A DNA stretch of 25,829 bases from a virus (lineage: Duplodnaviria > Heunggongvirae > Uroviricota > Caudoviricetes): IMG/VR virus record IMGVR_UViG_3300005357_000001. One strand, given 5' to 3'. The translations under genes and the position numbers were made by a program. Within the stretch, counting starts at the first letter, position 1. The number at the start of each line of letters is the position of its first letter. The notes under the pieces were generated by a model, which searched no databases, was not told where the DNA came from, and saw only the letters and a program-made list of their open reading frames with translations. Below, in pieces: positions 10,703 through 20,614 of this stretch.

Positions 10703-11176
10703 TTACTTTAAACACTGCTCGGTTATGTATTGCTGAGCACCTTCAAGTTGGGCCTGCATCATTACCAGTCGTTCCCGGAGGGTGAAATAATCCCGTTCAG
10801 CGGTGTCTGCCAGTCGGGGGGAGGCTGCATTATCCACGCCGGAGGCGGTGGTGGCTTCACGCACTGACTGACAGACTGCTTTGATGTGCAACCGACGACG
10901 ACCAGCGGCAACATCATCACGCAGAGCATCATTTTCAGCTTTCGCATCAGCTAACTCCTTCGTGTATTTTGCATCGAGCGCAGCAACATCACGCTGACGC
11001 ATCTGCATCTCAGTAATTGCCGCGTTCGCCAGCTTCAGTTCTCTGGCATTTTTGTCGCGCTGTTCTTTGTAGGCGATGGCGTTATCACGGTAATGATTAA
11101 CACCCCATGACAGGCAGACGACGATGCAGATAACCAGAGCGGAGATACCGATGCTGCTTTCGGCTCTGCTGGTAAA
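10703..11176 (-). pseudogene. rzpR: Rz i-spanin homologue lacking a start codon; the Rz frame is open from 11176 and the first ATG is at 11008
   Basis: Translation gives ..[65 protein letters not shown]..., close to lambda Rz as recalled, but the position of the lambda Rz start codon reads ACC and an in-frame TAA lies just upstream (11177-11179). Confidence 0.7.
10762..10947 (-). CDS. rzoR: Rz1-like o-spanin lipoprotein, 61 aa, embedded in the +1 frame of Rz
   Basis: Signal peptide plus lipobox (LPLVVVGC), proline-rich C-terminus; classic Rz1-within-Rz arrangement. Confidence 0.75.
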   Translation of the reverse strand: MRKLKMMLCVMMLPLVVVGCTSKQSVSQCVKPPPPPAWIMQPPPDWQTPLNGIISPSGNDW

Positions 11177-11595
11177 TTATCGCCCGGTATGCAGTAACGA
11201 AATTTACCGCCCTGATTTACGCGAATCAGACGACCTTTGCTGATTGCCATTGCCAGCGTTGAAGCCACTTTGCGTGATGTGGTACCAAACAATGTAGCCA
11301 GCTCATCAGCCGTTTGTGGTCCTCGTTGTTCAATCGTCGCGGTTAAATCGCACTCTGAGATTTTCGCTACTGTTGCTGTGGTGATTTCTTCCGGCAGTTC
11401 TGCCTGCGCTGGCTGTTCCTGCTGAACATTGTTATCAGCCACACGCCAGGTGTACGCGCTTTTATCAACAAAACCAGCCTTTTTCAGTTCCCATAGTTCG
11501 TTCAGCACTTCTTCACGACTGATATCAAGTCGCGCAGCAAGTTCTATGGATGTGGCTTTTCCCATTGCTTTCAGTGCGTCAAAAACAGTCTCCAT
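11035..11595 (-). pseudogene. ydaW: Putative DNA-binding protein (winged-helix-like N-terminus), probably starting at ATG 11595 (track ATG 11646); C-terminal tail is out-of-frame Rz sequence
   Basis: GGGAGA SD before ATG 11595. The last ~45 codons of the track ORF overlap the Rz frame on the same strand, so the ORF runs across a deletion joint near 11170-11200. Confidence 0.5.
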
Positions 11596-11617
11596 TAAAT
11601 TTTTCTCCCGGTAAAAA

Positions 11618-12364
11618 TTACTTCGCAATTCCTGGCTGGACGACATTCGGACGCCAGCTCTCCCAGTTAAAATTCACCCATCGCCCGCCGTTCATGGTCA
11701 TGCGATCCATAATCCGCTCGCCGAGCAATGTTTTCATGGCCTCATAGTTCAGGTTTGTCAGCATCCCCACGCTGCGCATCGACGCTGTCCGGCGATCAAC
11801 AATCTGGTGCAGTACCACCTGCTCGTTTTTCGTCTCGCGCTGAATGCCAATTTCATCAAGAACCAGCAGATCCACTTCGCACAGTTCCCGCAAAAATTTT
11901 TCGCCTGACTGCCCATCGTCATAGCTGGCGTGCAGGGCACTCATAACATCAGCCACGGTAACCACAATCACTGTCTGACCGTCTTTCAGCAGGCGATTCC
12001 CGATAGCTGCCGCTAAGTGGTTCTTCCCGGTACCAGGTTTTCCGCTGAACGCAAAATTTGTACACCCGGTCATCAGTTCATCAGCGATGGATTTCGCCTG
12101 ACTCAACGCGTATCGCTGCCCTTCGTTCTGCACCTGGTAATTCGAAAACGAGCATTTGCGGTGCAATGGCTGGATGCCAGAGCGATTCAGAATTTTTTCC
12201 ACCCGCAACTGACGATTCTGACGGTTGATCTCCTCACAACGTTTCTGGCCTTCGGAAAGTTGCCACTCGCGCCACTCCGCTACCGTCTTGAATGGCGCGG
12301 TTACATGTGACGGGGCCAGTCTGCGGATACGTTCAAGAACATCGCCTGTCGCAATATTTTTCAT
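11618..12364 (-). CDS. ydaV: DnaC/IstB-like AAA+ ATPase (helicase-loader-like replication protein), 248 aa
   Basis: Walker A ([15 protein letters not shown]) and Walker B (DLLVLDEIG) motifs; position in the replication module. Confidence 0.8.
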
Positions 12365-12370
12365 GGTCAG

Positions 12371-13228
12371 TTACCCCCTGAAGCCTGGCGGGATCGCACT
12401 ATCCGGTAACGAGACGGTGTTAACCTGTCGGAGTAACGTCTCAGGTCGAACACCTTTCGGCGCGAACAAGCCCTGGTATTCATTGGCGATGCTGTGTCGA
12501 ATCACCTGCTCAGGTGAAAAACCCTGCTGGCGGAATTTTTCCAGCTCCCGTATCGCCCCGTTAGCGCCCTGCTCCGTTCGAATCGGTTTTCGCAATGCCT
12601 GGCGAAATTCAACCCACTCACGCCAAAGCGAGACAGAAATCCAGTTCGGCAAAGTAATATCCAGAGGGTCAAACTTTTTGACACCTCGATTCCCCCGGGG
12701 GGGATTTAGGGGGGGATCTGTTTTTAGATCTTTATCTGTATCTTTATTAGTTGCCTTTGTGTTGACATCATGTTCAAACACCACTTCAACATCTGTTTGA
12801 ACACCTGTTAAATTTCTCTCTTGTTTTGTTTGAACATCTGCTTCCTTTCTGCTTCTTCTGGCCTGAACAGATGCTTTTCCTGCGGCTGATTTTTTGGTTA
12901 ATTTTTCCCTGACTGATGCCAGATCTTCCTCAATCCGAAGATGCACCCATTCCTCGCCGTTATCGCAAAAAAACTCCTGCAAGGATGGTTCAACATCAGC
13001 CCATCGCTCGTTAGTCAGACGGGCAATTTTTGCCAGCCTGTTTTTAGGTATTGGCTTTCCTGTTTGCCAGTAATTGAACATCAGCAACAAATACGCACCA
13101 TGCTCCTCTGCTGACAAATGCATGGTGTCAGCCAGGTAATCAGCTATGTACAGTTGCATGTATGGTAATGCGGCCATAATTGCCCCGTATGATGCTGCCC
13201 GGTGGCTTAGAATAAGCACAAACAGCAT
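12371..13228 (-). CDS. ydaU: Putative phage replication initiation protein (O-like), 285 aa
   Basis: Track ORF with ATG start, directly upstream of the DnaC-like gene as in lambdoid O-P modules. Confidence 0.65.
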   Translation of the reverse strand: MLFVLILSHRAASYGAIMAALPYMQLYIADYLADTMHLSAEEHGAYLLLMFNYWQTGKPIPKNRLAKIARLTNERWADVEPSLQEFFCDNGEEWVHLRIEEDLASVREKLTKKSAAGKASVQARRSRKEADVQTKQERNLTGVQTDVEVVFEHDVNTKATNKDTDKDLKTDPPLNPPRGNRGVKKFDPLDITLPNWISVSLWREWVEFRQALRKPIRTEQGANGAIRELEKFRQQGFSPEQVIRHSIANEYQGLFAPKGVRPETLLRQVNTVSLPDSAIPPGFRG

Positions 13229-13240
13229 GGAAACTTTTGC

Positions 13241-13663
13241 TTAATGAACAATGACAGAATCGTCGGAAGAACCGCCGCCGCTGAAATGCGCTTTCCGGTA
13301 AACGGCTTGGACTGCATCATCATGCGCATCAATTGCCGTACTTAACGCTTCCTGCGCCGCCAGTAATGCACGGCGTTCCAGGGTATCGAAGATGCAGAGT
13401 CGGTGACGCAGCTCGCGCGGAAGGATTGCCAGAATTGCTGGGATCAGCTTCTGAATTTTTTCTCTTTGCGTTTTCGTTTCACCTTTCAACCAACGGTGAT
13501 AGATATTCTGCTGATTGTTCCAGTCCTTGCCTGGAACCAGGGGCAATTCGCCGCCCCCCTGGCGCAGATATTCTTCAGTAATTGCATTGGCTACCCATGC
13601 CTGCCCTTTTTCGGCTGCTAGGGCAAACAACACTGATTCGATGTGCTCATGCTTGATTTTCAT
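13241..13663 (-). CDS. ydaT: Prophage protein YdaT, 140 aa (reported host-toxic when derepressed)
   Basis: Track ORF; second gene of the leftward ydaS-ydaT unit divergent from racR. Confidence 0.7.
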   Translation of the reverse strand: MKIKHEHIESVLFALAAEKGQAWVANAITEEYLRQGGGELPLVPGKDWNNQQNIYHRWLKGETKTQREKIQKLIPAILAILPRELRHRLCIFDTLERRALLAAQEALSTAIDAHDDAVQAVYRKAHFSGGGSSDDSVIVH

Positions 13664-13685
13664 GAATCATTTGCCTCTTGATGTT

Positions 13686-13982
13686 TCAGGTATGATCAAA
13701 TGAGGATTTGTTACTGTCATTTAGTTGCTTCACTGACATATTCTGCGAACAACATGCCGAACGTCGTAAATATGACCAGTCAATATCAGGACGAAGTTCT
13801 TCGCACAGAACCTCACCTCTTGTTGCACGTTCAATTGCTGGACATCTCTCGGCAGGCAATTGACGTACCCCTTTGATCCATTGATTTACGCTTGGAGGTG
13901 ATACACCTAAAAGCCTAGCCATTGCTGATTGCCCACCGACAACAGCACAAGCTTGCTTGAATGAATAGTTCTCTTTTTTCAT
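13686..13982 (-). CDS. ydaS: Cro-like HTH protein YdaS, 98 aa
   Basis: HTH motif (QACAVVGGQSAMARLLGVSPPSVNQW); divergent from racR across an operator-containing intergenic region. Confidence 0.75.
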   Translation of the reverse strand: MKKENYSFKQACAVVGGQSAMARLLGVSPPSVNQWIKGVRQLPAERCPAIERATRGEVLCEELRPDIDWSYLRRSACCSQNMSVKQLNDSNKSSFDHT

Positions 13983-14011
13983 CGAATGAACTCCAAAAAC
14001 ACACAGAAATA

Positions 14012-14076
14012 TTAGGCGACGCCTAACGCAATTGTCAATAGGCTGTGCCTAATGCAGTAAGGGTAGGGATTGCCTA
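14012..14076. promoter_or_regulatory. Divergent racR/ydaS promoter region with three palindromic operator-like sites TAGGC-N3-(G/A)CCTA
   Basis: TAGGCGACGCCTA (14013-14025), TAGGCTGTGCCTA (14039-14051), TAGGGATTGCCTA (14064-14076), read directly. Confidence 0.55.
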
Positions 14077-14105
14077 ATGTAATGCGCATAGGAGAATATT
14101 AAGCA

Positions 14106-14582
14106 ATGCTTAGTGGTAAAGACTTAGGCCGAGCGATAGAGCAGGCCATTAACAAAAAAATCGCATCGGGATCCGTCAAATCAAAGGCGGAGGTCGCACG
14201 CCACTTTAAAGTCCAACCACCATCAATTTATGACTGGATTAAGAAAGGCTCTATAAGTAAAGATAAACTTCCAGAATTATGGCGTTTCTTTTCTGATGTT
14301 GTTGGTCCAGAGCATTGGGGGCTTAACGAATACCCCATACCAACCCCCACCAATTCAGATACAAAAAGTGAACTTTTAGATATAAACAACCTTTATCAAG
14401 CAGCCTCTGATGAAATAAGAGCGATTGTAGCTTTCCTGTTATCTGGAAATGCTACAGAACCAGATTGGGTTGACCACGATGTTCGCGCCTACATAGCAGC
14501 GATGGAAATGAAAGTGGGTAAGTATCTGAAAGCTCTTGAATCTGAACGGAAAAGCCAGAACATCACAAAAACTGGAACTTAA
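14106..14582 (+). CDS. racR: Prophage repressor RacR (CI-like), 158 aa
   Basis: Track ORF; N-terminal HTH; divergent from the cro-like ydaS. Confidence 0.8.
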   Translation: MLSGKDLGRAIEQAINKKIASGSVKSKAEVARHFKVQPPSIYDWIKKGSISKDKLPELWRFFSDVVGPEHWGLNEYPIPTPTNSDTKSELLDINNLYQAASDEIRAIVAFLLSGNATEPDWVDHDVRAYIAAMEMKVGKYLKALESERKSQNITKTGT

Positions 14583-14679
14583 ACTTATATGGTCTGACGG
14601 AAAACTCCTGGATTCCGTTATTTAACCCCCCCATCACTTTCTGCTGTCGCCATCACCTATTAGGTTACGCTCAAAACAT

Positions 14680-14717
14680 TAGGCATAGCCTATTGACAAT
14701 CAATTAGGCATTACCTA
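14680..14717. promoter_or_regulatory. Second operator-like cluster downstream of racR (OL-like), two TAGGC-N3-(G/A)CCTA sites
   Basis: TAGGCATAGCCTA (14680-14692) and TAGGCATTACCTA (14705-14717); the ATTGTCAAT element also recurs inverted (14031-14039 versus 14692-14700). Confidence 0.5.
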
Positions 14718-14890
14718 TAGTTCCAGCATACCACCCACCCCGCCCCACAGAACGCCGGGCAATACTTCGAGTTACCAGGCAGTGGTAAGGGGTTAAGTAG
14801 CCAGCCCGAGGCGTATGAACATGACGGCGGGATTCAAATTTTGCAGTGCAGCAGTTAGTTCCGCCACCCGGCGTTAAGGGGAGAGATAAG

Positions 14891-15025
14891 ATGGTGCATT
14901 ACGAAGTAGTTCAGTATTTGATGGATTGTTGCGGTATCACTTACAACCAGGCTGTGCAGGCTTTACGCAGCAACGACTGGGATCTCTGGCAGGCAGAAGT
15001 CGCTATACGTAGCAACAAGATGTGA
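14891..15025 (+). CDS. ydaG: Small prophage protein, 44 aa (below the track size cut-off)
   Basis: ATG at 14891 preceded by GGGGAGAG SD; translation MVHYEVVQYLMDCCGITYNQAVQALRSNDWDLWQAEVAIRSNKM. Confidence 0.6.
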   Translation: MVHYEVVQYLMDCCGITYNQAVQALRSNDWDLWQAEVAIRSNKM

Positions 15026-15035
15026 GATTCGCAAA

Positions 15036-15191
15036 ATGCAAAAAATCGACCTCGGCAACAACGAATCCCTGGTGTGCGGCGTGTTCCCCAACCAGGATGG
15101 AACGTTCACTGCCATGACGTATACCAAAAGCAAAACATTTAAAACCGAAACTGGTGCGCGCCGATGGTTGGAGAAGCACACAGTAAGCTAA
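15036..15191 (+). CDS. ydaF: Small prophage protein, 51 aa
   Basis: ATG at 15036; translation MQKIDLGNNESLVCGVFPNQDGTFTAMTYTKSKTFKTETGARRWLEKHTVS; 3' end overlaps the sieB stop by 4 nt (convergent). Confidence 0.6.
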   Translation: MQKIDLGNNESLVCGVFPNQDGTFTAMTYTKSKTFKTETGARRWLEKHTVS

Positions 15192-15676
15192 CGATTAAAA
15201 CGTCTACTCCTGCTGTTCCAGAATAACTTCATAAAATGGGAGTATTTTTCGGTGACGAGATAATAAGAACAGTTTGCGCTATCACTCTGATGTTGAATGA
15301 TGCCCTTCCGTTCTAATTTTTTCATAACCGGGTTACGGCAAGGAGAAGTGATAATAAGATTTCCTGTTTTAAGGAAATCTTTAAATACAGCGATTTCTTT
15401 CTCAGATAAACGAAGCAATACTCGTTGCTCTGGTAGTAATGAATAATGCTTTTGAATATGTGCTCGCAATCTTGAGAAGGAAATGGCGACCACGAAAGAA
15501 AAGGCAAAAACGATAATCTGAAAGAGCCAAGGTATTTCAGTATAAGCATTGAATGCGACAGTAAACTCTTTCGGTATCAGCCAGAGAGTGAGACCAAAAA
15601 TGATAATCGTATACATAAGTCTTTCGAGTGGCTCGTTAGCAAAAAGTTTCAACAATGGAGTAAATACATCCAACAT
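15188..15676 (-). CDS. sieB: Superinfection exclusion protein SieB (membrane protein), 162 aa from ATG at 15676 (track ORF extends to 15799)
   Basis: GAGAG SD 9 nt before ATG 15676; hydrophobic segments; position between the immunity region and kilR. Confidence 0.75.
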   Translation of the reverse strand: MLDVFTPLLKLFANEPLERLMYTIIIFGLTLWLIPKEFTVAFNAYTEIPWLFQIIVFAFSFVVAISFSRLRAHIQKHYSLLPEQRVLLRLSEKEIAVFKDFLKTGNLIITSPCRNPVMKKLERKGIIQHQSDSANCSYYLVTEKYSHFMKLFWNSRSRRFNR

Positions 15677-16117
15677 ATCAATAACTCTCAACTGTAAGGG
15701 TATTGAAATGTTAACACAAGCTCTCGCTGTAGGGGTATAGCCGAGACCACCGAAGCCCGGAGGTGGTGAAATAAAACCGGGCACAACACGAAGGCGCATT
15801 TCCGATATCCATAAAGAGTCGGTCTTGTCTGTTAAATTTAAATGGTGGGAGTGCGCCTCCGGTTGTAAATAACGACATTGCTGTGTGTAGTCCTGGCGGC
15901 ATCAGTTTTTTTCTTGAAGTTCGGCTGATGTCCGCCCTTTTTAAAGTGAATTTTGTGATGCGGTGAATGCGGCTAAGCGCACGTGGCACAGTTAAAAGTC
16001 ATGTTAGTCCTTATTGGTTTGGGTGGGAAAGCCGACTGTAATTGTTAACTGGTTGCAGTCACCTGGAGGCACCAGACACCGCATCAACAAAGTTCATTTG
16101 TAAAAATGGAGATAATT

Positions 16118-16339
16118 ATGATTGCACATCACTTCGGAACTGATGAAATACCACGTCAGTGTGTGACTCCTGGCGATTATGTTCTTCATGAAGGCCGGAC
16201 ATATATTGCCTCGGCAAACAATATTAAAAAGCGAAAACTATATATTCGTAACCTGACCACAAAAACATTCATTACTGACCGCATGATTAAAGTCTTCCTC
16301 GGTCGTGATGGTTTACCTGTAAAGGCGGAGTCATGGTGA
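16118..16339 (+). CDS. kilR: Cell division inhibitor KilR, 73 aa
   Basis: GGAG SD 7 nt before ATG 16118 (track starts at ATG 16106); first gene of the early-left operon. Confidence 0.75.
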
Positions 16340-16509
16340 TGACTAAGAAAATAAAATGTGCTTACCACCTTTGCAAAAAAGACGTTGAAGAAAGCAAAGC
16401 TATTGAAAGAATGCTTCACTTCATGCACGGGATTTTATCAAAAGACGAACCGAGAAAATATTGCAGTGAAGCTTGTGCCGAAAAAGACCAGATGGCACAT
16501 GAACTTTAA
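16339..16509 (+). CDS. ydaE: Small Cys-rich (zinc-ribbon-like) protein, 56 aa
   Basis: ATG overlaps the kilR stop (TGATG); CxxxxC...CxxxC pattern (KCAYHLC...YCSEAC). Confidence 0.6.
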   Translation: MTKKIKCAYHLCKKDVEESKAIERMLHFMHGILSKDEPRKYCSEACAEKDQMAHEL

Positions 16510-16583
16510 TTAATTGACTATTCGAAACTGAATTTATGCCAGAAATGGCAGGTATTCGCTCAACCTTAATTAAGGAGAAAAAC

Positions 16584-16859
16584 ATGATTACCAATTATGA
16601 AGCCACTGTTGTAACTACCGATGACATTGTTCACGAGGTGAATCTGGAAGGAAAGCGCATTGGCTACGTAATTAAAACAGAAAATAAAGAAACCCCATTC
16701 ACTGTGGTTGATATCGATGGTCCATCAGGCAACGTAAAAACACTTGATGAAGGTGTCAAAAAAATGTGCCTGGTGCATATCGGAAAGAATCTGCCCGCAG
16801 AAAAAAAAGCCGAATTTCTGGCAACTCTAATTGCAATGAAATTAAAAGGTGAAATCTGA
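16584..16859 (+). CDS. racC: RacC protein, 91 aa
   Basis: AAGGAG SD before ATG 16584 (track ORF starts at 16536). Confidence 0.7.
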   Translation: MITNYEATVVTTDDIVHEVNLEGKRIGYVIKTENKETPFTVVDIDGPSGNVKTLDEGVKKMCLVHIGKNLPAEKKAEFLATLIAMKLKGEI

Positions 16860-16864
16860 AAGAA

Positions 16865-16889
16865 ATAGCCTGCGTATGGCGCAGGCTAT
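16865..16889. other. Perfect 10-bp inverted repeat (ATAGCCTGCG / CGCAGGCTAT) with a 5-nt loop between racC and recE
   Basis: Read directly; no T-tract follows on the plus strand, so it is not a canonical terminator for the operon. Confidence 0.5.
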
Positions 16890-16960
16890 GAACAGTGTGT
16901 ATCCGGCAAGATCATTCACTGAACAAAACGAATTTTAATCTGAGTTGAGGTTAAAAAACA

Positions 16961-19561
16961 ATGAGCACAAAACCACTCTTCCTGTTACGGAAAGCGAAAA
17001 AATCATCCGGTGAACCTGACGTCGTCCTGTGGGCAAGCAACGATTTTGAATCGACCTGTGCCACTCTGGACTACCTGATCGTTAAGTCAGGTAAAAAACT
17101 GAGCAGCTATTTTAAAGCTGTTGCCACGAATTTTCCTGTCGTTAATGACCTGCCCGCTGAAGGTGAGATCGATTTTACCTGGAGTGAACGCTATCAACTC
17201 AGCAAAGACTCCATGACATGGGAACTAAAACCGGGAGCAGCACCAGACAACGCTCACTATCAAGGCAATACCAACGTCAACGGCGAAGACATGACTGAGA
17301 TTGAGGAGAATATGCTACTCCCAATTTCTGGCCAGGAACTGCCCATTCGTTGGCTTGCTCAACACGGCAGCGAAAAACCGGTAACGCACGTTTCACGCGA
17401 CGGACTCCAGGCATTACACATTGCTCGGGCTGAAGAACTACCGGCTGTTACTGCCCTGGCTGTTTCCCACAAAACCAGCCTGCTCGACCCGCTGGAAATT
17501 CGCGAACTCCACAAACTGGTTCGTGACACTGACAAAGTTTTCCCTAATCCTGGTAATTCAAACCTGGGACTGATAACTGCTTTTTTCGAAGCATACCTGA
17601 ACGCTGACTACACCGATCGAGGACTGCTGACAAAAGAGTGGATGAAGGGTAATCGTGTTTCACACATCACTCGCACGGCTTCCGGTGCTAATGCTGGCGG
17701 CGGAAACCTCACCGATCGCGGCGAAGGTTTCGTACACGATCTGACGTCACTGGCGCGCGACGTAGCCACTGGCGTACTGGCCCGTTCAATGGATCTGGAC
17801 ATCTATAACCTTCATCCGGCACACGCTAAACGCATTGAGGAAATTATCGCTGAAAATAAACCGCCCTTTTCTGTTTTCCGCGACAAATTCATCACCATGC
17901 CTGGCGGGCTGGATTATTCCCGCGCCATCGTGGTTGCGTCCGTAAAAGAAGCACCAATTGGGATCGAGGTCATCCCCGCGCACGTCACTGAATATCTGAA
18001 CAAAGTACTGACTGAAACCGATCATGCCAACCCTGATCCGGAAATCGTGGATATTGCCTGCGGTCGCTCCTCTGCCCCGATGCCGCAGCGAGTAACAGAA
18101 GAAGGAAAACAGGATGATGAAGAAAAACCGCAACCATCTGGAACAACGGCAGTTGAACAGGGAGAGGCTGAAACAATGGAACCGGACGCAACTGAACATC
18201 ATCAGGACACGCAGCCGCTGGATGCTCAGTCACAGGTAAATTCTGTTGATGCGAAATATCAGGAACTGCGGGCAGAACTCCATGAAGCCCGGAAAAACAT
18301 TCCATCAAAAAATCCTGTCGATGACGATAAATTGCTTGCTGCATCACGTGGTGAATTTGTTGACGGAATTAGCGACCCGAACGATCCGAAATGGGTAAAG
18401 GGGATCCAGACTCGCGATTGTGTGTACCAGAACCAGCCAGAAACGGAAAAAACCAGCCCAGATATGAATCAACCTGAGCCAGTAGTGCAACAGGAACCGG
18501 AAATAGCCTGCAATGCCTGCGGCCAGACTGGCGGGGATAACTGCCCTGACTGTGGTGCGGTGATGGGCGACGCAACATACCAGGAAACATTCGATGAAGA
18601 GAGTCAGGTTGAAGCTAAGGAAAATGATCCGGAGGAAATGGAAGGCGCTGAACATCCGCACAATGAGAATGCTGGCAGCGATCCGCATCGCGATTGCAGT
18701 GATGAAACTGGCGAAGTCGCAGATCCCGTAATCGTAGAAGACATAGAGCCAGGTATTTATTACGGAATTTCGAATGAGAATTACCACGCGGGTCCCGGTA
18801 TCAGTAAGTCTCAGCTCGATGACATTGCTGATACTCCGGCACTATATTTGTGGCGTAAAAATGCCCCCGTGGACACCACAAAGACAAAAACGCTCGATTT
18901 AGGAACTGCTTTCCACTGCCGGGTACTTGAACCGGAAGAATTCAGTAACCGCTTTATCGTAGCACCTGAATTTAACCGCCGTACAAACGCCGGAAAAGAA
19001 GAAGAGAAAGCGTTTCTGATGGAATGCGCAAGCACAGGAAAAACGGTTATCACTGCGGAAGAAGGCCGGAAAATTGAACTCATGTATCAAAGCGTTATGG
19101 CTTTGCCGCTGGGGCAATGGCTTGTTGAAAGCGCCGGACACGCTGAATCATCAATTTACTGGGAAGATCCTGAAACAGGAATTTTGTGTCGGTGCCGTCC
19201 GGACAAAATTATCCCTGAATTTCACTGGATCATGGACGTGAAAACTACGGCGGATATTCAACGATTCAAAACCGCTTATTACGACTACCGCTATCACGTT
19301 CAGGATGCATTCTACAGTGACGGTTATGAAGCACAGTTTGGAGTGCAGCCAACTTTCGTTTTTCTGGTTGCCAGCACAACTATTGAATGCGGACGTTATC
19401 CGGTTGAAATTTTCATGATGGGCGAAGAAGCAAAACTGGCAGGTCAACAGGAATATCACCGCAATCTGCGAACCCTGTCTGACTGCCTGAATACCGATGA
19501 ATGGCCAGCTATTAAGACATTATCACTGCCCCGCTGGGCTAAGGAATATGCAAATGACTAA
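16961..19561 (+). CDS. recE: Exodeoxyribonuclease VIII (RecE), 866 aa
   Basis: Long ORF with an acidic low-complexity middle region and a C-terminal nuclease domain; stop overlaps the recT start. Confidence 0.9.
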
Positions 19562-20363
19562 GCAACCACCAATCGCAAAAGCCGATCTGCAAAAAACTCA
19601 GGGAAACCGTGCACCAGCAGCAGTTAAAAATAGCGACGTGATTAGTTTTATTAACCAGCCATCAATGAAAGAGCAACTGGCAGCAGCTCTTCCACGCCAT
19701 ATGACGGCTGAACGTATGATCCGTATCGCCACCACAGAAATTCGTAAAGTTCCGGCGTTAGGAAACTGTGACACTATGAGTTTTGTCAGTGCGATCGTAC
19801 AGTGTTCACAGCTCGGACTTGAGCCAGGTAGCGCCCTCGGTCATGCATATTTACTGCCTTTTGGTAATAAAAACGAAAAGAGCGGTAAAAAGAACGTTCA
19901 GCTAATCATTGGCTATCGCGGCATGATTGATCTGGCTCGCCGTTCTGGTCAAATCGCCAGCCTGTCAGCCCGTGTTGTCCGTGAAGGTGACGAGTTTAGC
20001 TTCGAATTTGGCCTTGATGAAAAGTTAATACACCGCCCGGGAGAAAACGAAGATGCCCCGGTTACCCACGTCTATGCTGTCGCAAGACTGAAAGACGGAG
20101 GTACTCAGTTTGAAGTTATGACGCGCAAACAGATTGAGCTGGTGCGCAGCCTGAGTAAAGCTGGTAATAACGGGCCGTGGGTAACTCACTGGGAAGAAAT
20201 GGCAAAGAAAACGGCTATTCGTCGCCTGTTCAAATATTTGCCCGTATCAATTGAGATCCAGCGTGCAGTATCAATGGATGAAAAGGAACCACTGACAATC
20301 GATCCTGCAGATTCCTCTGTATTAACCGGGGAATACAGTGTAATCGATAATTCAGAGGAATAA
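19554..20363 (+). CDS. recT: Single-strand annealing protein RecT, 269 aa
   Basis: ATG 19554 overlaps the recE stop at 19559-19561 (track ORF starts further upstream at 19497). Confidence 0.9.
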
Positions 20364-20419
20364 TTCAGCCTGGCGGTGTAATGCACCGCCAACTTGAAAT
20401 ATTTTTTATGAGAAAAATT

Positions 20420-20614
20420 ATGAGATATGACAATGTTAAACCATGTCCATTTTGTGGTTGTCCATCAGTAACGGTGAAAGCCATTTCAGGATATTACCGA
20501 GCGAAGTGTAACGGATGCGAATCCCGAACCGGTTATGGTGGAAGTGAAAAAGAAGCACTCGAAAGATGGAATAAACGAACCACTGGAAATAATAATGGAG
20601 GTGTTCATGTATAA
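20420..20614 (+). CDS. ralR: RalR (Lar): restriction alleviation protein / DNase toxin of a type I toxin-antitoxin pair, 64 aa
   Basis: MRYDNVKPCPFCGC... with CxxC...CxxC zinc-ribbon pattern; track ORF starts at 20381. Confidence 0.75.
   Translation: MRYDNVKPCPFCGCPSVTVKAISGYYRAKCNGCESRTGYGGSEKEALERWNKRTTGNNNGGVHV

Noticed and set aside
15711-15989. 92-aa minus-strand ORF in the sieB-kilR divergent intergenic region
   Set aside because: It overlaps the extended sieB track ORF and the promoter region, has no SD and an odd composition; probably a non-coding regulatory region.
17608-19459. Several minus-strand ORFs inside recE
   Set aside because: All are antisense to the well-supported recE ORF, lack ribosome-binding sites and have low-complexity translations.
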